DNA of 64,000 bases from Fimbriimonadales bacterium (lineage in GTDB: Bacteria > Armatimonadota > Fimbriimonadia > Fimbriimonadales > ATM1): contig JBPCLO010000051.1 in assembly GCA_051003155.1 (NCBI GenBank), positions 64,001 through 128,000 on the forward strand, in the 5' to 3' direction. How positions within the stretch are numbered: the first letter of the stretch is position 1; every line of letters starts with the position of its first letter. Shown one piece after another: positions 30,290 through 39,629 of the stretch. The notes under the pieces are model-generated. The model was not told where the DNA came from and searched no databases. It was given only the letters and a program-made list of their open reading frames with translations. Position numbers and translations under genes: made by a program.

Positions 30290-31078
30290 ATGATAATGAT
30301 CCAGCCCCTCGCAACGATTCTATTCCTCAGCTTCTCAGGTGGAGCCGATATGTACGACGATGTTCGCGTCATCGCTCGGGACGAAGCCGCGACCGACGGC
30401 TTCGTTTTAGAGTCCGGAGGAGGCGAAAGAACGCCCCTCTTGTTCTATACGGCAGCGGCTCGACGAGCAAGCAATGATGATCTAGACGCATTGGTTTACA
30501 AGGTGGCTAACGACGACCAGGCCGACGTTGTTTGGGAGAATATCAAGCCGCAGACAAGAACTCGTTTGCCTAACCAAGGATTCAGCAGCCTTCCGCTGGG
30601 GTCGCTGGCTAGAGCAGGGCGGAGCGAACGTGGAAGCCCCTATGTTCAAGCCACAGACGGTCATATTATTGTCCAGGTGCAAATCAACCTTAGGGAGAAC
30701 CGTCCGCAGGAAACGCAAGAGGGCGACAAGATCACCTCCGAGGGAGTTGCGAGGCGCACGCTTGCGCGCTGCCGTGGGTTGCAGGCACAGTCAGCTCAGA
30801 ACATCAACGTAAACGGCATACCCGTGGGGTCGGTCACCGGGCCGAGAGGCGAGCGGCTCGTCGATCTCGTCGGCTACTGCCAAGCGCGGGGATTGGAACT
30901 CACGACGAACCAGCGCCTCGGAACTGCCAGCTTTACGCAGGGTGGCGAACAGGTCATCATCCCGCTAGCCGCCCTCAAAATCAAAGACGGCCCACGCTGG
31001 ATCGAAACGAGAGACATTTCGCTCATCAAGAACGGGCGCTGGTATGTCTCGTACGAAGGCTTAGAATCGACCCGCTAA
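30290..31078 (+). CDS. Secreted hypothetical island cargo protein, possibly with a C-terminal stalk-like domain
   Basis: AAGGAG RBS; hydrophobic N-terminus; C-terminal LIKNGRWYVS. Confidence 0.7.
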   Translation: MIMIQPLATILFLSFSGGADMYDDVRVIARDEAATDGFVLESGGGERTPLLFYTAAARRASNDDLDALVYKVANDDQADVVWENIKPQTRTRLPNQGFSSLPLGSLARAGRSERGSPYVQATDGHIIVQVQINLRENRPQETQEGDKITSEGVARRTLARCRGLQAQSAQNINVNGIPVGSVTGPRGERLVDLVGYCQARGLELTTNQRLGTASFTQGGEQVIIPLAALKIKDGPRWIETRDISLIKNGRWYVSYEGLESTR

Positions 31079-31081
31079 GCC

Positions 31082-31255
31082 CTATCGCATCCTCGTCGAA
31101 GTCAGAATCTTCTGCTTCATGGCCATGCCCATGACATTCATGTCCATGTGCGCGACGCTGTCCGCTAGGGTAGGTAAGCCGTTGGCAAGGTTCACCTTGA
31201 CCGTCCCGGTGCTCTTCATATAGGAAGAGCTTTTATCGAATCCCACGCTAACGTC
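31082..31255 (-). pseudogene. 3' fragment of a DUF6263-like gene
   Basis: VGFDKSSSYMKSTGTVKVNLANGLPTLADSVAHMDMNVMGMAMKQKILTSTRMR* resembles the C-termini of 5351-6073 and 42443-43192. Confidence 0.45.
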
Positions 31256-31434
31256 TGGCGGAGTGAGACAGGGCTGGCAAGTTAAGGCGTTCGGAGACTT
31301 GTTCCGCTAAACACACGTCTACAATTCTGTGCGCCCGGCCCTGGGCGTACGACACTCCCCCCGAACCCAACATCCAACCCCGCTAATCCCCAATTTCTAC
31401 CTATTCGCCCGCTTCGGCGTACCTGAGTTTTGAT

Positions 31435-31477
31435 TGCTTGGGAAGCAGATGCTCTGCCACTGAGCTACACCCGCTCG
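31435..31477 (-). repeat. att copy: 5' half of tRNA-Gly
   Basis: TGCTTGGGAAGCAGATGCTCT(G/A)CCACTGAGCTACACCCGCTCG repeats the tRNA-Gly 5' half ending at 28877 with one mismatch. Confidence 0.93.
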
Positions 31478-31605
31478 TGGCCCCATTATGCAACAGCGGC
31501 CAGGGTGGCTGCCGAATCTTTTGGGAGTGCACCGGCAAGGGCGTGTATGCTCTTGTCCGGAGCCTCTACCCGTGGAAGGGTAGAGGCAGACACAGTCGCG
31601 CGGAG

Positions 31606-31944
31606 TTAGTGGTTGTGGCCGTCGTCCTTGGCGGCAAGGTTCTTGCCTTCCTCGAACTTGGCAGGGTCGGCCTTGAACTGCTCGGGGCAGTCGCCGCAGC
31701 AGAAGTAGTACCGTTTGCCGTTGTGATCCTGGTGGCCGACGGCGCTTTTTTCGTCGGTGGTCGAGCCCATTACCGGGCATACGATCTGGCCGGCGTCGTT
31801 CTTGAAAACGACCGGGGTTGCGGTGGTCGAGTTGTCGGTGCTCGCAGGATCCGTCGACTCGGGGGTGTCGGCTTTCTGGTCGGATGAGCAGCCCGCGAAT
31901 AAAACGGCTAAGGTTACTGCGATAAGCATGAGTGCACTTTTCAT
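31606..31944 (-). CDS. YHS-domain lipoprotein (metal binding)
   Basis: Lipobox FAGC; CPVMG...YYFCCGDC...F..DP; His-rich tail. Confidence 0.88.
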   Translation of the reverse strand: MKSALMLIAVTLAVLFAGCSSDQKADTPESTDPASTDNSTTATPVVFKNDAGQIVCPVMGSTTDEKSAVGHQDHNGKRYYFCCGDCPEQFKADPAKFEEGKNLAAKDDGHNH

Positions 31945-31964
31945 AGAGGTTCTCCTAATTGTAC

Positions 31965-34900
31965 TTACTTTACTGTCCTCTCGGACAATTCGACTGCCGG
32001 CAACGAAGCCGGATCCCTCTTCAGGACCTTAACTTGAAACCACCGCGACAGGTCGTCCACGATGGCGTGCATCACGGGGATATCAAGGAGCGAAAGGACG
32101 GTCCCCACGATCAGTCCTCCGATGATCACCGTGCCGAGCGGCTGGTATGCGTCGATGCCCGTCTTGGGCCAAAAAGCCACGCCCGCCATAACGACGATCG
32201 TAATGAGGGAGGTCATCAGAATGGGCCGGAGCCGTTGTGGGGCAGCCTTTGCGATCGCCTCGTTGCGCGGAAGGCCCTGATTGCGATAAGAAAGAATGAG
32301 GTCGATGATCAGAATCGCTGTCACGATGTCCATCCCGCTCAGGATGATGATCCCCAATATCGAAACGGTCGAGAACGCTTGGTGCGTGAGCCAGAGCATG
32401 AAGAACACGCCGCTGAGCTCGAGCGGCAGGCTAAAGATCATCTGCAGGGGCTGCAAGAACCCGCCGAACTGCGCCACCAATATGAGATACATCAAGAGTA
32501 ACGCGACGCCGAGGCCGTACATCATCACGCGGAAGCTGTCCATCATTTGCGTCATATCGCCGCGAGCTTCGATGCCGTAGCCGGGCGGCCAGTTCATTTG
32601 CGACTGCGCCTTCATTTGCATGTCCATGGTCACGTCCATGCTCGGGCGGCCGTCCTTGCGGTAGTAGCCGCCGATGCTGATTACCCGTCGCAGCTGGTCG
32701 TGCTCGATCATGCTCGGCGCCATACGCTTTTCCAGGCTTACCAACTCCAGAAGCGGAATCTGCTCGCCGTTCATGCCCGTGACGAACATGCCCTCCAAGT
32801 CGGTGAGGTTATCGTGCTGCTCTTCAGCGAACCGAACTTGTATAGTGGCAGGTCGTTTGTTGGGTAGGCGATAGAACTCGGTAGTGTATCCACCTCGAAG
32901 CGCGTAGTAGGCCTGATCCGCGATCATCGCGGGGGTAAGCCCGTGCGCCAGCGCCTTGCTCTTCTCGACGACCAGATCGTATGTCGGCTTGCTCATCTCC
33001 CAACTGAGAAAAGGCTGCGCCATGTCGGGTTTGTTGTTGCGTGGGTCCTTCACTTGCTCTTCGGCGATCTTCAGCGCTTCTTTGCCCATCATGTCGAGTA
33101 GCTGCAAGTCTTTCCCGTAGATAACAAGCGCCACAGGCGCGAGGGCAGTAGCCATGACGTCGCTTCCCATCTCTTTGATCTGGATTCGGCGGATGCCGGG
33201 AATTTCGGCCATGGCTCGGTGATGAATTTTGTCGATGATCTTCCAGATGTCGGGCCGGCCGGTGTCCTTGTCCGAAAAGGTCATCATCGCGCTCAGGCCG
33301 CTGACCGTATTCATGCCGTAGCCCGTGAAATACGCCCCCCCCGCCATGCCGGGGCCGCCCTCGTTGCCTATTTCGGCGCTCACGTGCTCGATCCAGCCGT
33401 TGCTCCCTCCTTCCTCCATCATGATTTGCTCCAGACGCCGGGCGGACTTTTCGGTCGCAGCGAACGAAGTGCCTGGTTTCATCTCCATTTGGATGCTCGC
33501 CTGCCCCACGTCGGCGAGCGGCATCATCTCGCTTCCGATAAAATAGTAAAACCCAAACCCGATCACGATCGTGATCCCGATGCGCACAAAGTTGGCGAGT
33601 GGGTTCCTGAGCATCCACCGGATCAGGCGCTCGTAACCTCGCTCCAAGCCCGACAACCAGTTATCGAAGGGGCGGAGAAAATACCTGGAGAACCACGTTT
33701 GCGCACGCTCGTCAGGGGACTGCATGAAGCACGAGCAGAGCACTGCGGTCAGGGTCATCGAAACCATGTAGCTGAAAATCAGTCCGAAGATGATCGGCCA
33801 GCAGAGCCCGACGAACATCAGCTGCGTAATCCCCCCGCTCATCATAAGCGGAATGAGCGCAACAATGAGCACGATCGTCGCAGCCAGCACCGAGCGGCGC
33901 ACTTCTGTTATGCCATCTATCGTGGCGGTGCGGCGGTCCTTCCCCATCCGCATGTGCCGCTCCACTGCGTGGATGTCGATAATCGCGTCGTCGACCAATC
34001 TCCCCATCGCGATCAAAAGGCCGATCAGCGTACTCGAGTTGAGGCTCATGCCCAAGCCGGACATCGCAAGCAATGACATGGCGAGCGAGGTCGGGATGGC
34101 TGTGAGCGCGATTACGGTGCCGCGCCACTCGCCGAGGAAGAAAAGCACCGCGAGGCCGGTCAGTAAGATCGCGATCGCCAACTCCTCCCACATGTTGTGG
34201 AACAGGGTGTCCACGAAGCTGGAGTTATCGTATGCGACTTCGAACTTGATGCCCGGGTTTTCCGTTTCGAGACTTCGGGCGATCTGCATGACTGCGTCGA
34301 TCGTCGCCGGGGAACTCGCATCGGGGTTTTGAAGGACGCTTACAGCGATCGCGTTTCTATCCACTTTGCCGCCGTGCATGTGGTGATAAGCAGAGCGCTG
34401 CTCCACGAATGTATCCGAGACCTCCGCGACGTCCCCGACCTTGACCACCCTGTCGCCGTCTGCCTTGATGGGATAGGCGTTGACCGTTTCGGCATCTTTG
34501 GCGAGAGTGTCGATGCGGAGGATAGGCTCCGTTGCATCGCTCGTTACCTGGCCAGCGGGTTTGGCTACGTTGTTCTCGTCGACGGCTTTGCGAACGTCCG
34601 CAAGCGATAGCCCGTAGCTCACCAGCTTGTCGCGGTCGACCCGCACTTGAAGTTGACGACGGTATCCGCCGAAAGGCGAAACGGTGTAGATGTTCCTGTG
34701 CGCCGACTTGAACCGGTTGATGACCTCGTTGTCGGCGAAGTCGCGGAGGCGCGCACCGTCCCAGCCCATCTTCTCGTCGCCGGTTAGGCTCAACGTGAGT
34801 ACCGGCAGGTTCAACGGGTCCACTCGCAGAACCCAAGACGGCTTCAGGTTGGCCCCCGTGCCGGGCAGGTCGGCTTGCACTACGTTCAGAAGACTCTGCA

Positions 34901-35261
34901 CCTCCACCTGCGCCTTCTGCATGTCAGTGCCATACGGGTACTCCAAAACCACCATGCTGAACCCGTCTTGGCTCACGGAACGGATATAGCGAACCTGCGG
35001 CACGTTGACCATGCGCTGCTCGATCGGGCCCGAGAAATAGGTTTCCATTTCCTGTGCGCCAAGCCCGGGCATTTCGGTCACGATCCCGAGCATCGGGCTT
35101 TCGACGTACGGCATGAACCGGCGCGGCATCAAGGAGCCGATTGCGACGATCCCTAAGACGAGCATCGCCAAGAAGAAGGCGGCAATTACGTACGGGTTGT
35201 CTACCGACCAGCGGACCAGGTTGAACCCACCCGATTCGCGGTCTCCGTTAGTGGCCCTCAT
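31965..35261 (-). CDS. RND efflux permease, CusA/AcrB family, Met-rich
   Basis: 1098 aa; GRLVDDAII, RLRPILMTSL; two TM clusters. Confidence 0.93.
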   Translation of the reverse strand: MRATNGDRESGGFNLVRWSVDNPYVIAAFFLAMLVLGIVAIGSLMPRRFMPYVESPMLGIVTEMPGLGAQEMETYFSGPIEQRMVNVPQVRYIRSVSQDGFSMVVLEYPYGTDMQKAQVEVQSLLNVVQADLPGTGANLKPSWVLRVDPLNLPVLTLSLTGDEKMGWDGARLRDFADNEVINRFKSAHRNIYTVSPFGGYRRQLQVRVDRDKLVSYGLSLADVRKAVDENNVAKPAGQVTSDATEPILRIDTLAKDAETVNAYPIKADGDRVVKVGDVAEVSDTFVEQRSAYHHMHGGKVDRNAIAVSVLQNPDASSPATIDAVMQIARSLETENPGIKFEVAYDNSSFVDTLFHNMWEELAIAILLTGLAVLFFLGEWRGTVIALTAIPTSLAMSLLAMSGLGMSLNSSTLIGLLIAMGRLVDDAIIDIHAVERHMRMGKDRRTATIDGITEVRRSVLAATIVLIVALIPLMMSGGITQLMFVGLCWPIIFGLIFSYMVSMTLTAVLCSCFMQSPDERAQTWFSRYFLRPFDNWLSGLERGYERLIRWMLRNPLANFVRIGITIVIGFGFYYFIGSEMMPLADVGQASIQMEMKPGTSFAATEKSARRLEQIMMEEGGSNGWIEHVSAEIGNEGGPGMAGGAYFTGYGMNTVSGLSAMMTFSDKDTGRPDIWKIIDKIHHRAMAEIPGIRRIQIKEMGSDVMATALAPVALVIYGKDLQLLDMMGKEALKIAEEQVKDPRNNKPDMAQPFLSWEMSKPTYDLVVEKSKALAHGLTPAMIADQAYYALRGGYTTEFYRLPNKRPATIQVRFAEEQHDNLTDLEGMFVTGMNGEQIPLLELVSLEKRMAPSMIEHDQLRRVISIGGYYRKDGRPSMDVTMDMQMKAQSQMNWPPGYGIEARGDMTQMMDSFRVMMYGLGVALLLMYLILVAQFGGFLQPLQMIFSLPLELSGVFFMLWLTHQAFSTVSILGIIILSGMDIVTAILIIDLILSYRNQGLPRNEAIAKAAPQRLRPILMTSLITIVVMAGVAFWPKTGIDAYQPLGTVIIGGLIVGTVLSLLDIPVMHAIVDDLSRWFQVKVLKRDPASLPAVELSERTVK

Positions 35262-36960
35262 GTGCTCCCGGAGCGTTGCTTCCCTTGGGAAGAGCTGTTG
35301 GACCGTTCGGGCTCCAACGGACCTCCTGGATCGGCGTACCCTCGATCAGGTTTTCGTGTCCCGCATAGATCACGCGGTCACCGTCTTTCAGGCCGCTCAA
35401 GACGGAGACGTACTCGCCGTCCGAAGCGCCGGTCTCCACCTTTCGACGCGTCGCGATGGCCTTGCTTGTAGCCTCGCGGGGTGTCAAGTCCATCTTGCAA
35501 ATGGGACAAACTCCGGGTCCGCGCTCGCTAACCTCCGGATGCATCGTGCAAGTCCAATCGGTCTTCGCTTCGCCCTTTCGCACTGCGACCACCCAGACGA
35601 ACTTCGCACCGTTAGAATCGCTCCGAATCGCGCTCTCCCGCACCGCCAAACCTTGCTTCGCTCCTCGGGCAGCGATTGATACTTTTGCGAACGAGCCGGG
35701 CATTAGCGCCCTGTCGACATTGCTTATGACGGCTTCCACGGTGAAGGTGCGAGTGGACGTCTCGGCCGCCGGGAATATGCTGGTGATCGTTCCGGTTCGG
35801 CTAATGGTGCCCGATTTGACTTCGACGGGCGAGCCTACCCTGAGGCTACCAGCGAGGCGCGAAGGAACCTGCGCCTGGACACGGACCCTCTTGATCACTT
35901 TCAATTTGAGCACCGTCTGGCCGGGCTGGACAAGGCTGCCGGGGCTTACGAGACGCTCCGAAACGACCGCGTCATCGAGCGCACGCAGCTGGCGGTAGCC
36001 TGAAATGATGCTAGCGGTTCCCGCTCCGCTGCCGACGGCTTTTGCTTCGACTCGTCGAGCTGCAACTTCCGCCTGCGCTTTAGCGATCTCCCTTTCGGCT
36101 TCGGTGACGCGTTTCCTGGCAGCCGTGTGGTTGCCTATTGCAGCTGAGATTGCGTGGTCTGCGGTAAGCACACGCGATTGCGCGGCGTCGGCACCTCGAA
36201 CCGCGGTCTCCACCTCGGCCTTCGCCGAACGTACTTTCGCAGCCTGAGCGTCGCGCGCCGCCTTGGCCGCCTGGAAGTCATCGAGCGAAATCGCATCTGC
36301 GTCGTACAGACGCTGCTGCCGCTCCAGCTTCTGTTCGGCATAAACGAGATCGGCCTCCGTCTCGTCGACGTCCGCATGTTTCGCTTTTATTTCCTCGCGC
36401 GCCTTTACCGCCTCGATGCTCATCGACGTTCGATTCGCCCGCGCTTGGCGTTCGGCAGCCGCCATCGCACCTATCTCTATGGCGGCGCGATCTCTAGCCG
36501 CTCTCAATCGCGCGACCTCCCGCTCCGCCACGGTGACCAGCGCGAGCCCTGCCTGACCTTCCAGCCCGGCCTGGGCAGCTTGTGTTGCGTACTCGTCGGC
36601 CTCCAGTCGTACCAAAAGCTGTCCGGCTTTGACCAGGTCACCGGGATAAGCAGAAATCGCGACGACGCGCCCCGGAATTCGGGCGACAACGTCTTCGGCG
36701 CTGTAGGCCATCACGGTTCCCGGGAAGGCGTCCTTGCCTCCCACGCCGCGCGCCGTCACTTCTTCGACCCCGACCGGCTGCGTTCCAGGAGGCGATTTCA
36801 TGGCGGTCATGTCCATCGCTTGAGACTCGATTGGCGTCATCGAGCCTGGGTGGCGGTTCTTGATGACCACCCAGCGGACGATAAAGAACGTAGCTACCAT
36901 CGCCAAGAGAGACAGAATCAGGACCCAGTTTTTCGAACGTGGAAAAGCATGTTCAGACAT
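35248..36960 (-). CDS. RND periplasmic adaptor (MFP) with heavy-metal-binding domain
   Basis: PGDLVKAGQLL, long coiled coil, TRTF; WTCTMHPEV...CPICKMDL. Confidence 0.9.
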   Translation of the reverse strand: MSEHAFPRSKNWVLILSLLAMVATFFIVRWVVIKNRHPGSMTPIESQAMDMTAMKSPPGTQPVGVEEVTARGVGGKDAFPGTVMAYSAEDVVARIPGRVVAISAYPGDLVKAGQLLVRLEADEYATQAAQAGLEGQAGLALVTVAEREVARLRAARDRAAIEIGAMAAAERQARANRTSMSIEAVKAREEIKAKHADVDETEADLVYAEQKLERQQRLYDADAISLDDFQAAKAARDAQAAKVRSAKAEVETAVRGADAAQSRVLTADHAISAAIGNHTAARKRVTEAEREIAKAQAEVAARRVEAKAVGSGAGTASIISGYRQLRALDDAVVSERLVSPGSLVQPGQTVLKLKVIKRVRVQAQVPSRLAGSLRVGSPVEVKSGTISRTGTITSIFPAAETSTRTFTVEAVISNVDRALMPGSFAKVSIAARGAKQGLAVRESAIRSDSNGAKFVWVVAVRKGEAKTDWTCTMHPEVSERGPGVCPICKMDLTPREATSKAIATRRKVETGASDGEYVSVLSGLKDGDRVIYAGHENLIEGTPIQEVRWSPNGPTALPKGSNAPGAHEGH

Positions 36961-36989
36961 ACGCGAACCTTCCTTGCAAATCAATTAGA

Positions 36990-37025
36990 GACGAAACGGC
37001 GCCGGCCAATCGATGGCCGAGCACC
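36990..37025 (-). terminator. Hairpin between leader ORF and MFP gene (terminator/attenuator-like)
   Basis: GGTGC-T-CGGCCA-tcgat-TGGCCG-GCGCC then GTTTCGTCT, starting 4 nt after the leader stop. Confidence 0.5.
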
Positions 37026-37029
37026 TAGG

Positions 37030-37398
37030 TTACGCGAAGAAGGGCGGAGCTCTGAGGGTCTGGGTGGAGAGGTCGGGAGTTCTTATTCTCGGTGGCTCGG
37101 CCCTTAGGACGGGAGCCGGTCGCGCAGTTGCTGCAGGTTCTGAAAAATACGCGGCCTCGGCGGGCAAGAGTCCGGGTGCGATCCTTACAAGAACCTTCAT
37201 GAAATCAGCTTCCGGCTGCTCTTTCTTGGTCAGGATTCGGCAGTCTTCGATGGGCTGATCACAGCAGCTCCGCTTCTCTTCACAAGCGCATTTGGGGGAA
37301 GCCGATTTTTCGGGACACGCGCAAACCAAATACGCGGCTCCGGCTTGGCCCATGAGCAGCGCGATGAGAATCGCGAAGGAGATGGCCCGTTTCAACAA
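37030..37398 (-). CDS. Cys-rich exported leader protein ending LRAPPFFA (DUF2946-like)
   Basis: Signal-like N-terminus; CACP...CACEE...CC...C; Pro-rich tail with RAPP. Confidence 0.75.
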   Translation of the reverse strand: MLKRAISFAILIALLMGQAGAAYLVCACPEKSASPKCACEEKRSCCDQPIEDCRILTKKEQPEADFMKVLVRIAPGLLPAEAAYFSEPAATARPAPVLRAEPPRIRTPDLSTQTLRAPPFFA

Positions 37399-37403
37399 CC
37401 TAA

Positions 37404-37432
37404 ATTATATCATTCCTCGGTTGAAACAACAA
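37404..37432 (-). promoter_or_regulatory. Sigma70-type promoter of the metal-efflux operon
   Basis: TTGTTG-17 nt-TATAAT with extended TG, just upstream of the TTG start. Confidence 0.65.
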
Positions 37433-37566
37433 AAGCAGCCACAAGCGGGTTCCCGCGTTCCTATTCCCATCACTAGGTCTGTGGCGCCATCGCGGATGTC
37501 TACAGCTCGCCCGGGGATGTCTACAGTCGTGCCGCTGAGGTCAGTGTCGCACCGCTGAGGTCAGCA

Positions 37567-37654
37567 GTCATTCCGACCGAAGCGGAGCGAAGCGGAGGAA
37601 TCTTCGTCAGTCTCGTCGGCGAGCGAAAGATCGCTCGACTTCGCTCGGGATGAC
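37567..37654. repeat. Palindromic REP-like element (GTCATTCCG...GGAATCT / AGAT...CGGGATGAC type)
   Basis: Inverted termini GTCATTCCGA / TCGGGATGAC; internal GCGAAGCGGAGGAATCT and AGATCGCTCGACTTCGCTC. Confidence 0.7.
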
Positions 37655-37674
37655 GGCCGGTCGCACTGCTGACG

Positions 37675-39573
37675 TCAGCGACGACCCTTGAAAATGTTGC
37701 CGAGAACTCCGCGGACGATTGCCCTACTAATTTGTCCTCCCATCCCTCGCAGAACGCTTTTGGCCAGTATCTCGCCAGTAGAGTCACGATCGCTGCCTCT
37801 GCCCTCTACTTGACCATCGTAGATGTCTTCCGCTGGTTCGGAATAGCCATAGCCTAATTCAGGGCTCGAATGGGCCTTCCGCAAGGCTTGCTCTGACTTC
37901 TTCTCTGCGCTGCGATACTCCCACGGCGGGATCGGGCGTGCCCATAGACCTCTACCAGCAGTTCGAGCCTCGTCCTGAGCCGCGAACAAGTCGACATCAT
38001 GGTTAGAGCATTCTTTGCTGCACCATGCAACCCCGGCTAAAATAAGTTGACGGCTCACATCATGTCCGCCGACGGTTACACGACCCAGCACCCGTTCATA
38101 CATCCCGCCGCCTCGTATCTCGACCGCAACTTCCTTGCCGAAGATTAGAGAGGCCAAGTACTCCTTTGCTTCCGCGGAATGCGGTTGGCCCAATTCGGGC
38201 GCGTCAACGCCGTATAGCCTTACTTTTAGGTCCACGGATGTGCGAAGCGTGAAGCTGTCGCCGTCACGGACGTCCGTAACGGTTCCGATAAGAACGGAAC
38301 CACCCATCGATGAAGCAGAGTCTTTCGTGCGCACTTCTTCAAGGCTGGTCCATGCGCGGCTTCGCAAAAACTCGTATGCTGACGGTCGGTCGAGCACGCT
38401 GCGGTACTTCTTCTCCATTGGATCGATGGCCAATAAGTCTTTCAGCTCCTCAGCAGTCAATCCCTCGGATCGCGATCTCGGGTGCGCAAGCTCGATTTCC
38501 CCAGAAAACCCATCCGCTTCATTGACGCTGCTTATCGATGTCAGCAATCCGCTACGGGAGGTTGAAGGTTGCGGTGATTGCACAGTATCAGCCGATTGCG
38601 TCGGCACTTCCTCGCCGTCATCGCTCGACCCGATCGCAAAAGTGTTGCCCACAAGGGACGAAGGAACCTCGGCCGCGGTGTCCGCAATGAAGAACAAGCC
38701 GACGCCTTTTGCGCCGATCAAACGCACAGCTTCCTCAAACCGAGTCAGCACATCTGGTCGGACTTTGAATAACAGCTGTGCCTCATCAAGAAACACCGCC
38801 AGCCTCGGCTTTTCATAGGAGTCTATCGCGGGCAACTCCTCGAACAACTCAGACAGCAAAGCGAGGGAAAAGCCCGTAGATAAAGCGGGATCCCCAAGAT
38901 ATTGCTTGGCGGCAATGATGTTAACATAACCGTATCCTTCTTGGTCCAATTCCTGCAAGTCCGGAACATTTAGTGCAGGCTCTCCGAAGAACGCATCACC
39001 CCCGTTGATTTCGAACATGGTGATCGCCTTCTGGATCGCACCGTCCGTGACGTCGTAATACTCTGAAGTACCCGTTTGCTGTTGTTCTTGAAAAGCTATC
39101 ATCGAACGCAAGTCCTTTAGATCGAGCATCAAGAGTCCGTTCTGATCAGCGACCGTAAACGCAGCATCCAATGGCGGTTGCGATTTGCCGTCGAGACCCA
39201 GCAACACGGAAAGCAAAACCGGGCCCAGGTCACTGACCGTTGTGCGCATCGGAATTCCCGAACGGCCCAGGGGATCCCATACACGGCATGGAAACCCTCG
39301 AGGCGTCGGAACCGTTGCGGATGTTTCCTCGCCATCTCCGCTTTGAGGTTCACTGTCTGCAGGTTTGCCTACTCCTGATAGGTCACCCGAAAAATCGACG
39401 CATATGACCGGCACGCCGATGGAGCTAAACCCTTCGACTAAAATCTTGGCTACGCGAGTCCTGTCAGTGCGCGAAATACTGGCAATAACACCGTGATTTA
39501 AGGCCGTGATGGGATCCACGCACGCATCCGTATCACCGCGTCCAAGGAAAATGCCCTTTGGTGAGTCGCCCAC
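37675..39573 (-). CDS. Degenerate DUF853/HerA-like domain fused to a staphylococcal nuclease (SNase) domain
   Basis: Aligns with the neighbouring DUF853 protein but Walker A is replaced (ASISRTDRT); SNase motifs VRDGDS, VRLYGVDAPE, YER, ARTAGRGLW, PPWEYR at ~37910-38290. Confidence 0.88.
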   Translation of the reverse strand: MGDSPKGIFLGRGDTDACVDPITALNHGVIASISRTDRTRVAKILVEGFSSIGVPVICVDFSGDLSGVGKPADSEPQSGDGEETSATVPTPRGFPCRVWDPLGRSGIPMRTTVSDLGPVLLSVLLGLDGKSQPPLDAAFTVADQNGLLMLDLKDLRSMIAFQEQQQTGTSEYYDVTDGAIQKAITMFEINGGDAFFGEPALNVPDLQELDQEGYGYVNIIAAKQYLGDPALSTGFSLALLSELFEELPAIDSYEKPRLAVFLDEAQLLFKVRPDVLTRFEEAVRLIGAKGVGLFFIADTAAEVPSSLVGNTFAIGSSDDGEEVPTQSADTVQSPQPSTSRSGLLTSISSVNEADGFSGEIELAHPRSRSEGLTAEELKDLLAIDPMEKKYRSVLDRPSAYEFLRSRAWTSLEEVRTKDSASSMGGSVLIGTVTDVRDGDSFTLRTSVDLKVRLYGVDAPELGQPHSAEAKEYLASLIFGKEVAVEIRGGGMYERVLGRVTVGGHDVSRQLILAGVAWCSKECSNHDVDLFAAQDEARTAGRGLWARPIPPWEYRSAEKKSEQALRKAHSSPELGYGYSEPAEDIYDGQVEGRGSDRDSTGEILAKSVLRGMGGQISRAIVRGVLGNIFKGRR

Positions 39574-39629
39574 GCAATCATTCTACCGAGACATCTCGTC
39601 CCAAGGAAGGACCCCGACGAAGAAGCGGA

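Larger units (their letters stand above)
28845..31477. mobile_element. Integrative mini-island (~2.6 kb) in tRNA-Gly
   Basis: Flanked by a direct repeat of the tRNA 5' half; contains integrase, Xis-like ORF and cargo. Confidence 0.88.

Noticed and set aside
37494..37566. Possible CRISPR array
   Set aside because: Only two copies of each 12-13-bp repeat, spacers under 10 nt, no cas genes in the window
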